From NCBI GenBank assembly GCA_903907905.1, contig CAIVPX010000137.1:3352-67351 (forward strand): DNA of 64,000 bases, written 5' to 3'. The translations under genes were made by a program, and so were the position numbers. This DNA is from an uncultured bacterium. Lineage in GTDB: Bacteria; Pseudomonadota; Gammaproteobacteria; Burkholderiales; Burkholderiaceae_E. This document shows positions 1 to 8,540 of the stretch, one piece after another. The notes under the pieces were generated by a model that worked only from the letters and a program-made list of their open reading frames with translations, had not been told where the DNA came from and searched no databases. Each line of letters starts with the position of its first letter. The stretch's first letter is position 1.

Positions 1-105
1 GCATTTCAGCGACAAAACAGCATTTGGTGAGGGTGCCATCGCGATTTGCGATGGCTGGCCGGATTGCGGGTAAAGTCTCGGCAATGTGCCGCCTTCCAAC
101 GCCTC

Positions 106-1002
106 ATGTCCAGACTTGACCCCACCAGCCTGCGCCTGTTTCTGTCAGTGGTTCGCGAGAAATCGATCGCGGCAGCAGCCGATCGCCACCACATCGCCGC
201 TGCGGCGGTCAGTCGTCGCCTGAGCGAGCTCGAGCGCTCCCTGGGGACCTCGCTCCTGAGGCGAACCAATCGGGGTGTCGAACCGAGCGCGGCGGGCGTG
301 TCCTTGCTGTCGCTGGCACAAACCGCACTCAACGAGCTGGATCGAATTCCTCAAGCGATGAAATCCCATGTCGAGGGCGGGGGCGGACTGGTCAGGCTGT
401 GCGCCAGCAATTCGGCGATCTCGCAGTTCTTGCCGGGCGACGTGTCCTCCTTTCTGGCCTTGAACCCGTCGGTCGAGCTGCACATCGACGAACGCGTCAG
501 CAAGGCGGTTGTGCAGGCGGTTCGTGACAACGCCGCAGACTTGGGGGTCTTCACCAATGTTCAGGACACCGGACCCCTGCAAACCTTCGCCTATCGGAGC
601 GATCGGCTGGTTCTGATTGCTCGCCCAGGCCACCCACTGACGCGCCGCAAGTCCTGGGCCTTCTGCGATACGCTCGAGCACGATTACATCGACTGGTTGT
701 CGGGGAGCGCGATCAACCAGCAACTCACCAATGCAGCCGCGCTTGCGCAGCGACCCTGGCGACTTCGGATCCGCGTCAGTGGCTTTGATGCCTTGTGCAT
801 GCTGGTCGCTTCAGGTCTGGGCGTGGGCATTCTCCCCGAGAGCGTTGCCAGACGATTTGCGATCACCCTGGGCTTGAAGACCTGCGACTTGCGTGACGAA
901 TGGGCCGAGCGCCGCTTCACGATCTGCGTTAGATCGCGTGAGTCGTTGACGACGCCCGCCTTGCGCTTGCTCGAACATCTGCATCAGGCCGCGCGGGGTT
1001 GA
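106..1002 (+). CDS. LysR-family transcriptional regulator
   Basis: ORF 46..1002. N-terminal wHTH pattern MSRLDPTSLRLFLSVVREKSIAAAADRHHIAAAAVSRRLSELE is typical of LysR. Start moved to the in-frame ATG at 106 because LysR proteins start at this helix. Confidence 0.85.
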   Translation: MSRLDPTSLRLFLSVVREKSIAAAADRHHIAAAAVSRRLSELERSLGTSLLRRTNRGVEPSAAGVSLLSLAQTALNELDRIPQAMKSHVEGGGGLVRLCASNSAISQFLPGDVSSFLALNPSVELHIDERVSKAVVQAVRDNAADLGVFTNVQDTGPLQTFAYRSDRLVLIARPGHPLTRRKSWAFCDTLEHDYIDWLSGSAINQQLTNAAALAQRPWRLRIRVSGFDALCMLVASGLGVGILPESVARRFAITLGLKTCDLRDEWAERRFTICVRSRESLTTPALRLLEHLHQAARG

Positions 1003-1032
1003 GCGCGTCACCTGCCGGGTGGGGCTGACGCG

Positions 1033-1803
1033 TTACGCGTCGCGCTCCGGGTAATGCGGGACGACCCGCTCGAGAAAGGCGTGCCGGCCGATCGCCGAGT
1101 CGGCGCTGGCCCGCACCTGCGCGGTGCCGGCGCGCTCTTCCTGTTCCTGGCCAAACCAGCCTGCAAGGCTGCGCAAGAGCGCCAGCCGCTTGGTCTGGGC
1201 AACCGCCCTGGGACTGTTACCCATGATCAGCCTGGCCAGTCGGAGCGCTTCGCTCATCACGGCTTCGGGTGGCTGAACCGCATTGACCACACCGAACTCG
1301 AGGGCCTGCTGCGCACTGATCAGTTCGGCGGTCAGCAGCAACTGCAGGGCCCGGGCGTGGCCGATCTGATCCACCAGTTTCATGGCCGCGCCACCGGTGG
1401 GCACAATCCCCCAACGCACCTCGGGCAGTCCGAGCTTTGCCGCGCTGCTGGCGACTCGCAGGTCACAGGCGAGCATCAGCTCGAAACCGCCCGCTACGCA
1501 GTGGCCGTTGACCGCCGCAATCATCGGCATGGGCAGCGCGCGGGTCTTGAGCAGGGCTTGTTCGATCATCGAGTCGAGTTCGGGGACCACCGAAAAATCG
1601 GCATCGAGTTGGGCGCCCGAACAGAAGGCCAGGGTGCCGCTGCCGGTCACGATCACACAGCGAATGCGAGGGTCGCATTCGAGTTGCTGCCAGCATTCGA
1701 TGAGCTGGCCAAACTCGAGCGGGCCGAGCGCGTTGCGTCGTGAGGGGTTGTCGATGGTGACCAGGGCCAGGCCCGGTTCGGGATAAGTCAGCAGGATGGG
1801 CAT
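1033..1803 (-). CDS. enoyl-CoA hydratase/isomerase (crotonase) family protein
   Basis: 256 aa. Crotonase-like pattern (NPSRRNAL ... FCSGAQL ... AAVNGHCVAGGFELMLACDLRVA). Last gene of the co-directional operon. Confidence 0.85.
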   Translation of the reverse strand: MPILLTYPEPGLALVTIDNPSRRNALGPLEFGQLIECWQQLECDPRIRCVIVTGSGTLAFCSGAQLDADFSVVPELDSMIEQALLKTRALPMPMIAAVNGHCVAGGFELMLACDLRVASSAAKLGLPEVRWGIVPTGGAAMKLVDQIGHARALQLLLTAELISAQQALEFGVVNAVQPPEAVMSEALRLARLIMGNSPRAVAQTKRLALLRSLAGWFGQEQEERAGTAQVRASADSAIGRHAFLERVVPHYPERDA

Positions 1804-1830
1804 GGTGGATTGAAAGCCAGTCGATGGGGG

Positions 1831-2427
1831 TCAGGCACTGGACCGCGCGCCCGCGATGCGCAGCGCGTACTGTGCCATGTGTTCCATGAGGTCCTCGGGG
1901 CTGAGTCGCCCTTCAGGCCGATACCATACAAACATCCAGCCAATCATCCCGCCGATGGCCAGTGTGGCCGTGCGCGGATCGATGGGCTTGAGTTCGCCTG
2001 CATCGATGCCCGCCTGGAGCAGGCGCGCCAGTGCATCGTCAAAGCGTTGTTGCAGGGCGTGGATCTGCGCTCTCTGATCCGGCTCGAGCGAGTTTTCATC
2101 GCGAAAGAAGACCGCCACCGCATCGCGATGGTCGATGCAGACCCGGGCCAGACGGCGAGCCAGTTCAGCCAGACGTTGTGTGGGGGTGCCTGGCATGGCG
2201 ATGGCACCCTCGATCGCTTCCAGTGAACTGCCAATGTTGCGAATTGCGATGTCGAACAGGATGTCGACCTTGCGCTCGTAAATGCCGTAAATGAAGGGCT
2301 TGGTGACCCCCATGGCGGCCGCCACCATGTCCAGGGTGGTGCCCCGAAAGCCGTGCCGATGAAACAGCGCCCGCGCTTCCTGCAGGATGCGTTCTTTCTT
2401 GATTTGACGGATCTCCTGCCGGATCAC
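1831..2427 (-). CDS. TetR-family transcriptional regulator
   Basis: 198 aa. N-terminal TetR HTH (ILQEARALFHRHGFRGTTLDMVAAAMGVTKPFIYGIYERK). Its start overlaps the upstream acyl-CoA synthetase stop by 4 nt. Confidence 0.85.
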   Translation of the reverse strand: MIRQEIRQIKKERILQEARALFHRHGFRGTTLDMVAAAMGVTKPFIYGIYERKVDILFDIAIRNIGSSLEAIEGAIAMPGTPTQRLAELARRLARVCIDHRDAVAVFFRDENSLEPDQRAQIHALQQRFDDALARLLQAGIDAGELKPIDPRTATLAIGGMIGWMFVWYRPEGRLSPEDLMEHMAQYALRIAGARSSA

Positions 2428-4070
2428 GCCTGGGCCCCCGCGCGGCGCGCGCGCTCACTCAGCACGTGACGCTGAATCTTGCCGGTGGAGGTGCGTGGAA
2501 AATCGTCCACAAACTCGATGCGGCGCGGCACCTTGAAATCGGCCATGCGCTCGCGACAGAAGGCGATCAGTTCCGCCTCGGGCGGCTGAGCGCCTTCGAG
2601 GGGCTGGATGAAGGCCATGGCGACCTCGCCCAGGCGATGATGCGGCATACCGACCACGATCGCCTGTTTGACTGCCGGGTGGCTCTGCAGTATGCGCTCG
2701 ATTTCCGCCGGATAGGCGTTGGAGCCGCCGACGATGAACATGTCCTTGAGGCGCCCGGTAATCTTGAGATAGCCCTGGTCGTCATACGCGCCCAGATCGC
2801 CGGTACGAAACCACCCCTCTGGCGTGATGGCCTCGGCCGTCGCCTGAGGGTTGCGGTAGTAACCCATCATCACCAGATGTCCGCGAACACGAATCTCGCC
2901 GATCTGGCCAGACGCCAGTGCTTGGCCCGTCTGCGGGTCGCTCACCTGCACCTCGAACTCACCGATGGGCTTGCCCTTGTTGTCGCACAGCACCTCAAGG
3001 GGCGCATCAAATTCGCTGAAGGTGGTCGATGCGGTGGTCTCGGTCATGCCGTAGACACACTGCAAGGCTTTCAATCCCAATGCCTGCCGCGCCGCCAGCG
3101 CGATATCGGGCGTGACCGGGGCGCCGCCGATCCAGGCTGTTTTCAGGCAGGAGGTGTCGCGTGGACGGCGGGCGATCGCGTCGATGCAGTCGACGAAGTG
3201 TGTGGGGATGCCGCCGAAGATCGTGACCCGGTGGCGCTCGATCAGTGCCAGCGCATCATCGGGTACCCAGTGGGCCATCGGCACCAGGGTGCAGCCCACC
3301 AGAATGGACAAGCCCACCTCGGTGAGCGCGCCGGCCACGTGATAGAAGGGCATGTGTCCCAGCACCACATCGCCGGGCTCGACGTGCATCACCCTGGCCA
3401 CATTGGCGACGTTGCGCAGCATGATGTGGCCGTGCACGGCGCCCTTGGGATGACCGGTGGTGCCCGAGGTGTAGACGATGATGAGCGGGTCGCCAGGGTG
3501 CGCAGGCGCAAGCCTTGCACCGGCCGCAAGCAGCCCCTCACCCGCACGGCTGATCTGCGCCAGGCTGATGAGGCCGGGCACCTGTCGGTCGTACCAGACG
3601 ATCACCCGCCTGAGCGCCGGCAGCCGGCTGCATTGCACTGCTCCGTTGGCCGCCTGGGGCAGTTCAGGGATCATGCTGCGGGCCATTGCCAGAAAATCGA
3701 TGCCCCAGAAACTGTCCATCAGGATGAGCGCGCGGGCATCGGACTGCTGAAGAATGTAGTCGACTTCGTCGACCTTGTAGCGGGTGTTGATCGGCACGAT
3801 GACCGCACCCAGCCGGGCGCAGGCCATCCAGCAGAGCACCCACTGCGCGCAATTGGTCATCCATACCGCCACCTGATCGCCGCGGCCGATTCCCTGCTCG
3901 CGCAGGCCCAGCGCGAGCGCATCGCTTTGTCGGTCCAGGCTGGCGAAGCTGATGCGTTCATCGCCATCGACGATGGCGGCGCGCTCGGGATAGCGCCCGG
4001 CGCTGCGCGACAGGGCCGCGCCCAGTGTGAGCTGATCCCATGGCAGATCAGCCGGCAAGGAGGGACTCAC
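2424..4070 (-). CDS. AMP-dependent acyl-CoA synthetase/ligase (ANL superfamily)
   Basis: 548 aa. AMP-binding motif YTSGTTGHPKGAV, plus YGMTET and GWFRTGD motifs. 4-nt overlap with the livF-like stop. Confidence 0.9.
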   Translation of the reverse strand: MSPSLPADLPWDQLTLGAALSRSAGRYPERAAIVDGDERISFASLDRQSDALALGLREQGIGRGDQVAVWMTNCAQWVLCWMACARLGAVIVPINTRYKVDEVDYILQQSDARALILMDSFWGIDFLAMARSMIPELPQAANGAVQCSRLPALRRVIVWYDRQVPGLISLAQISRAGEGLLAAGARLAPAHPGDPLIIVYTSGTTGHPKGAVHGHIMLRNVANVARVMHVEPGDVVLGHMPFYHVAGALTEVGLSILVGCTLVPMAHWVPDDALALIERHRVTIFGGIPTHFVDCIDAIARRPRDTSCLKTAWIGGAPVTPDIALAARQALGLKALQCVYGMTETTASTTFSEFDAPLEVLCDNKGKPIGEFEVQVSDPQTGQALASGQIGEIRVRGHLVMMGYYRNPQATAEAITPEGWFRTGDLGAYDDQGYLKITGRLKDMFIVGGSNAYPAEIERILQSHPAVKQAIVVGMPHHRLGEVAMAFIQPLEGAQPPEAELIAFCRERMADFKVPRRIEFVDDFPRTSTGKIQRHVLSERARRAGAQA

Positions 4071-4810
4071 GGGCGTAGAAGCTCGGCGGGTCGGCCGCCC
4101 AGATAGTGCTGCACCAGTTGATCGTTGGCCATCAGCTCGTCGCGCGTGCCTTGCAACACGATCTCGCCATTGGCCAGCACGACCGAGTAATCGGCAAACT
4201 TCACCGCCATGCGCGCATTCTGTTCCACCAGCAGCACGGTCAGGCCTTGACGGCGAAGCGCCTCCAGCGTGTGGTAGATCTCGCGAATGATGAGATGCGC
4301 AAGCCCGAGCGAGGGCTCGTCGAGCATCAGCAACCGGGGCCGGCCCACCAGCGCGCGGGCGATCGCCAGCATCTGCTGCTGGCCACCGGAAAGGTTGCCG
4401 GCGATGGCGTCGCGGCGCTCGGCCAGAATGGGAAACAGCGTATAGATTTCGTCAAAGAGCGCTCGCGCGTCTTCCTCGGGATTGAGGTTGTCGAAGGCTA
4501 CCCGCAGGTTTTCCCAGACGGTCATGCCGGCAAAAATGTCGCGCGTCTCGGGAACCTGCAGCACCCCCATCCGCGCAATGCGGTAGGCAGGCAGGCCCGT
4601 GAGGCGCTGACCATTGAATTGGATTTCACCGGCGCGAGCACGCAGGCTTCCCGAGATGGCCCGCACCAGCGTGCTTTTGCCCGCGCCGTTGGGCCCGACC
4701 ACCGCCACGACCTGACCCCGCGGCACCTCGAGGCTGAGTTGGTCGAGCACCAATGCCTTGCCGTAGCCGACACTCAGGCCTGCAACGCTCAGCCCGCTCA
4801 ACTCGCTCAC
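4067..4810 (-). CDS. livF: branched-chain-amino-acid-type ABC transporter ATPase (LivF-like)
   Basis: 247 aa. Walker A GPNGAGKST, signature LSGGQQQML, Walker B LLMLDEPS. Confidence 0.9.
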   Translation of the reverse strand: MSELSGLSVAGLSVGYGKALVLDQLSLEVPRGQVVAVVGPNGAGKSTLVRAISGSLRARAGEIQFNGQRLTGLPAYRIARMGVLQVPETRDIFAGMTVWENLRVAFDNLNPEEDARALFDEIYTLFPILAERRDAIAGNLSGGQQQMLAIARALVGRPRLLMLDEPSLGLAHLIIREIYHTLEALRRQGLTVLLVEQNARMAVKFADYSVVLANGEIVLQGTRDELMANDQLVQHYLGGRPAELLRP

Positions 4811-5556
4811 ACCGGCTCTCCCAGGTAGGAAGCGATGACCTCGGGATTGCGCTGGATATCGGCGGGCGGGCCCTCGGCGATCTTGCGACCAAAGTTGAGC
4901 ACCACGATTCGATCGGAGACGCTCATCACCATCGACATGTCGTGCTCGACCAGCAAGACGGTGACGCCAGTGTCGCGAATGCGTCGCACATCCAGCACCA
5001 GTTGCGCCGTCTCGCGTTCGTTCATGCCAGCGGCGGGTTCGTCGAGCAGCAGAAAGCGCGGCTGCCCCATGAGTGCTCGTGCAATTTCGACGCGGCGCTG
5101 CGTGCCGTAGGGCAGATCGGTGGCGATCTCGCCGGCGAGGTGGCTGAGGCCGAGCGAGCCGAGCACGGCTTGCGCGCGCTCACGACCCGGTGCATCGCCC
5201 CAGCGCATCGGCAGCAGCAGACTGATGCGGTTCGAGACGCTCAGCGTGTGCAGGCGGCCAACCAGCAGGTTCTCCATGACCGTGAGGCCGTTGAAGAGTC
5301 GCACGGTCTGAAATGTGCGTCGTGCCCCCAGCGCAGCAATGCGGTTGGAGCGCAGTCCGGTGATGGCGCGCGAGTCGAGAAGGATTTCGCCCCGGGTTGG
5401 CCCAAAGACTCCGGTGACCATGTTGATCAGCGTGGTCTTGCCCGCCCCATTGGGTCCGATCAGCGAGGTGATGGAACCGGGCTCGACGCGAAAGCTCACC
5501 TCGTCGATCGCCTTGAGGCCGTGGAACTCCTTGCTGAGCGACCGTACTTCAAGCAT
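4807..5556 (-). CDS. livG: branched-chain-amino-acid-type ABC transporter ATPase (LivG-like)
   Basis: 249 aa. Walker A GPNGAGKTT, Walker B LLLLDEPAAGMN. Confidence 0.9.
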   Translation of the reverse strand: MLEVRSLSKEFHGLKAIDEVSFRVEPGSITSLIGPNGAGKTTLINMVTGVFGPTRGEILLDSRAITGLRSNRIAALGARRTFQTVRLFNGLTVMENLLVGRLHTLSVSNRISLLLPMRWGDAPGRERAQAVLGSLGLSHLAGEIATDLPYGTQRRVEIARALMGQPRFLLLDEPAAGMNERETAQLVLDVRRIRDTGVTVLLVEHDMSMVMSVSDRIVVLNFGRKIAEGPPADIQRNPEVIASYLGEPV

Positions 5557-6415
5557 CGCGAGGCCCTGGCGTGGTGCGTGAGGCTACGGGCGGCCGCTTG
5601 ATCCAGGCGGCGAGCCGGTTCTTGGGGAAGAGGCCGGCCGGCATGTAGATCGCCATGACCAGAACGATTGCACCGTAGAGCGCCGGGGCCCACTTCTCAA
5701 GCGCGGTGATCACCTGGGGCAGTAGCGTGAGCACCGACGAGCCGACGACCGCACCGATGGGCGTAAAGCCCCCGACGACCAAAAACATCAGGATGTCGGT
5801 GGTGCGATGAAAGCCGAAGTTGCCGGGACTGATGAAGGAGTAGTAGTGCGAGAAGCAGCCGCCCGCGAGGCCCGCCAGGCACCCGCCGAGGGCCAGCGAG
5901 ACGAACTGCAGGGCGGGCACGCTCAGACCGTGGCAGGCGGCCACGACCGGATCGGCACCCACGGCCAGCAGCGCCTTGCCGAATCGCGAATTGAAGATCA
6001 GCGAGCTTACAGCCACACACCCCAGGGCCAGCAGCACCAGCCAGTGCGTCTCGAGAAAGGGGATACCCGCCATGCCCATGACCGCGCCCGTGGGCTTGAA
6101 ATGAGAAAAGAACAGCACGATGAGCTCGGCCGCCGCGAGCGTGGCAATCGCCAGATAGATGTCGCGGATACGCAGCGTGAGCAAGGCAAAGGGAAGGGTC
6201 ATGAGGGTGCCGGCCGCTGCAGCCACGGCCAGGGCCGGGCCCACCTGCCAGCCCATCGAGGTCGTGAGCCAGGCCGAGCTGTAGGCGCCCACGGCCATGA
6301 AGCCGGGCATGCCGAGCGACCAGACGCCGGTTGCAAAGGGAAACAGCAGGCTCAGCGTGAGCATGACGTTGATCGCGAGCAGCGCCTGTACGGGCTCGGA
6401 CAGGAGGACATCCAC
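5549..6415 (-). CDS. livM: ABC transporter permease (LivM-like)
   Basis: Multi-TM protein in ORF 5549..6526. Start set to the in-frame GTG at 6415, immediately after the livH-like stop (6417-6419). The longer ORF would overlap livH by 110 nt. Confidence 0.75.
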   Translation of the reverse strand: MDVLLSEPVQALLAINVMLTLSLLFPFATGVWSLGMPGFMAVGAYSSAWLTTSMGWQVGPALAVAAAAGTLMTLPFALLTLRIRDIYLAIATLAAAELIVLFFSHFKPTGAVMGMAGIPFLETHWLVLLALGCVAVSSLIFNSRFGKALLAVGADPVVAACHGLSVPALQFVSLALGGCLAGLAGGCFSHYYSFISPGNFGFHRTTDILMFLVVGGFTPIGAVVGSSVLTLLPQVITALEKWAPALYGAIVLVMAIYMPAGLFPKNRLAAWIKRPPVASRTTPGPRDA

Positions 6416-6416
6416 C

Positions 6417-7289
6417 TCAGATTTCCCGCGTCTTGATGCCCACCCCGAAAATGCCTTCGGGCTTGAGCAGGAACACACCGATGAGAAAGAGCCAGATGAA
6501 GGCCTCGGACCAACCGGGTGCAGCATAGGCCTGGAACATCACCTCGCAGATACCCAGCAGCAGGCCCGCCAGCACGGCGCCGCGCACATCGCCCAGTCCG
6601 CCGATGATGATGATGGCGAGCGCCTTGATGGCGTACTTGTCGCCCATGAAGGCGCTGATCGAATCGAAGCGCATGCCCACCAGCAGGCCCGCCAGACCGG
6701 CCAGCGCCGAGGACAGCATGAAGACGAGCAGCACCGCCAGCGGGACCCGTACGCCCAGCAGCGCCGCCGCGTTGGGGTTTTGCGCGATGGCTCGGATGTT
6801 GCGACCGAAGCGGGTGCTCCGGATGATGTAGAGCAGCCCCACCATGAGGAGGGCTGACACCACGAGGCTCACCAGTTGAACGCCCGAGAGAATGACCGGA
6901 CCCAGCGTGATATCGGGGACCGCAATGATGCTGGGGAACTTCTGCGGCAGGCTGCCATAAGCATTGACCACCACCACCTGGATGATGATGCCGAAGGACA
7001 GGCTGGCCACGAAGCCGCCCAGGGCATGCTCGCGTGGAATGGGCCGAAACGCGACGAGGTAGAGCAGCAAACCCAGAATGGCCGCAGCCCCCACCCCGGC
7101 CGCCACGGCTGCCCAGGGCGTGAGGCCGCTGCCGATCAGGGCATAGGCGACGAAAGGGGCCGCCATGAAGAGATAGGCGTGGGCGAGGTTCAGCATCTTG
7201 AGCACGCCGAACACCAGGGTGTAGCCCACGCCGATCAGCGCATAGACGCTGCCCAGCATCAGACCATTGACCAGTTGCTGGCTGAACAT
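6417..7289 (-). CDS. livH: ABC transporter permease (LivH-like)
   Basis: ORF 6417..7388. Start moved to the ATG at 7289 (MFSQQLVNGLMLGSVYALIGVGYTLVFG, the canonical LivH N-terminus). Confidence 0.85.
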   Translation of the reverse strand: MFSQQLVNGLMLGSVYALIGVGYTLVFGVLKMLNLAHAYLFMAAPFVAYALIGSGLTPWAAVAAGVGAAAILGLLLYLVAFRPIPREHALGGFVASLSFGIIIQVVVVNAYGSLPQKFPSIIAVPDITLGPVILSGVQLVSLVVSALLMVGLLYIIRSTRFGRNIRAIAQNPNAAALLGVRVPLAVLLVFMLSSALAGLAGLLVGMRFDSISAFMGDKYAIKALAIIIIGGLGDVRGAVLAGLLLGICEVMFQAYAAPGWSEAFIWLFLIGVFLLKPEGIFGVGIKTREI

Positions 7290-7317
7290 TGCGCTGCCTC
7301 GCCCGGTTCCCGTTCGA

Positions 7318-8487
7318 CTACTGGCGTTCCCACTTGCCCGCGCGGGTGCGGTAGACCATGGTGGCCTTGACGGTGTCGCCCTCGGCATTCATGTTCAGCA
7401 CATTGCCCAGGCCCTGGTAGCCCTTGAGCGAGGCCAGGTAGTCGCGCAGCTGCGTGCGCGCCTGCTTGGGGTCGGTGGCCGGCGTGATACGGTTGGCGCG
7501 CAGGCCCTCGGCGAGCACGTGAATGCTTTCGTAGGCGCTGGCATCGATGTAGGTGGGCGAGGTGTACTGACCGGGCGCTTCCTTTTCCACGCGGGTCTTG
7601 AACTCGGCCACGAACTTCTTCACGTTGGCATCCTGCGAGTCGGGATCAAACGGCTGGCCCGCCCAGAGCTGCAGGTCGGCGGCTGCGGTGGCCATGGATG
7701 CCGTGATGTAGCCCTGGCCCGCGAACATCGGCATGGCGAGCTTTTGCCGATTGGCTTCGCGCAGAAAGCCGTGTGCGGGTTCGAAGCCCGCGCCCAGCAG
7801 GAGAATGTCCGGGTTCATCGCCTTGATTTTGGTGACGAACACGCTGAAGTCGGTGGCATCGGGCGCGATTTCGACGGGCTGGTCCTTGTTGAGGAAGGTG
7901 AGCCCATGCTTTTCAATCACGCCGGGTGCCACGGTCTTGACCAGAAACTGGTTGTAGGCGTCGCGCGTGTCCACCGCGATGGCCACCGTCTTCGCTTTGG
8001 GGTTGTGCTTGCGCAGATTGGCCACCACTTCGTCGACGATCAGCGAATCGATGGCGGCGATCCGGAACGTCCAGGGGCGATTTTGCGCAGTGAGGCCGGG
8101 TGCGGCCGAGCCCGGCGAGATCGTGGTGAGGCTGGCGCGGTTGGCAGCGGGGAACGCCGTGCGGCACTGGCTGGTCTGAATGGGGCCCAGCATGGCGACC
8201 ACGCCCGCGCGGTCGAGGTTGCGTGCGGCGATCACGGCCTGCTCGGGGCTCGAGCGGTTGTCCTCGGTGACGAACTCAAGCTTCGCACCGTGAATGCCGC
8301 CGGCGGCGTTGACTTCATCGAGCGCAATCTGCGCGGCGATGATCATGTGGATGCCATAACTCGAGGCCAGGCCCGTGCGCTCATTGTTGATGCCCACCTT
8401 GATGGTGCCCTGCTGGGCACGCGCCCCGCTGGCGACCATGAGGGACGTGGCGGCGGCTGCGCCGAGGAAGCTGCGACGTTGTGTCAT
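7318..8487 (-). CDS. periplasmic substrate-binding protein, LivK/type-I PBP family
   Basis: 389 aa. Tat/Sec-like signal (MTQRRSFLGAAAATSLMVASGARAQ), then IKVGINNERTGLASSYG, typical of Leu/Ile/Val-binding-family receptors. Confidence 0.85.
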   Translation of the reverse strand: MTQRRSFLGAAAATSLMVASGARAQQGTIKVGINNERTGLASSYGIHMIIAAQIALDEVNAAGGIHGAKLEFVTEDNRSSPEQAVIAARNLDRAGVVAMLGPIQTSQCRTAFPAANRASLTTISPGSAAPGLTAQNRPWTFRIAAIDSLIVDEVVANLRKHNPKAKTVAIAVDTRDAYNQFLVKTVAPGVIEKHGLTFLNKDQPVEIAPDATDFSVFVTKIKAMNPDILLLGAGFEPAHGFLREANRQKLAMPMFAGQGYITASMATAAADLQLWAGQPFDPDSQDANVKKFVAEFKTRVEKEAPGQYTSPTYIDASAYESIHVLAEGLRANRITPATDPKQARTQLRDYLASLKGYQGLGNVLNMNAEGDTVKATMVYRTRAGKWERQ

Positions 8488-8540
8488 GTTGTCTCCTTGG
8501 TGAATCGTTGATTGGTATTTTTGTGATCGGGCGATTGCGC

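Noticed and set aside
2466-4106. 546-aa plus-strand ORF opposite the acyl-CoA synthetase gene
   Set aside because: It is an antisense shadow ORF. The translation is Arg/Ala/Gly/His-rich and low in complexity with no motifs. The minus-strand frame carries clear ANL motifs. This is typical of high-GC DNA with few stop codons.
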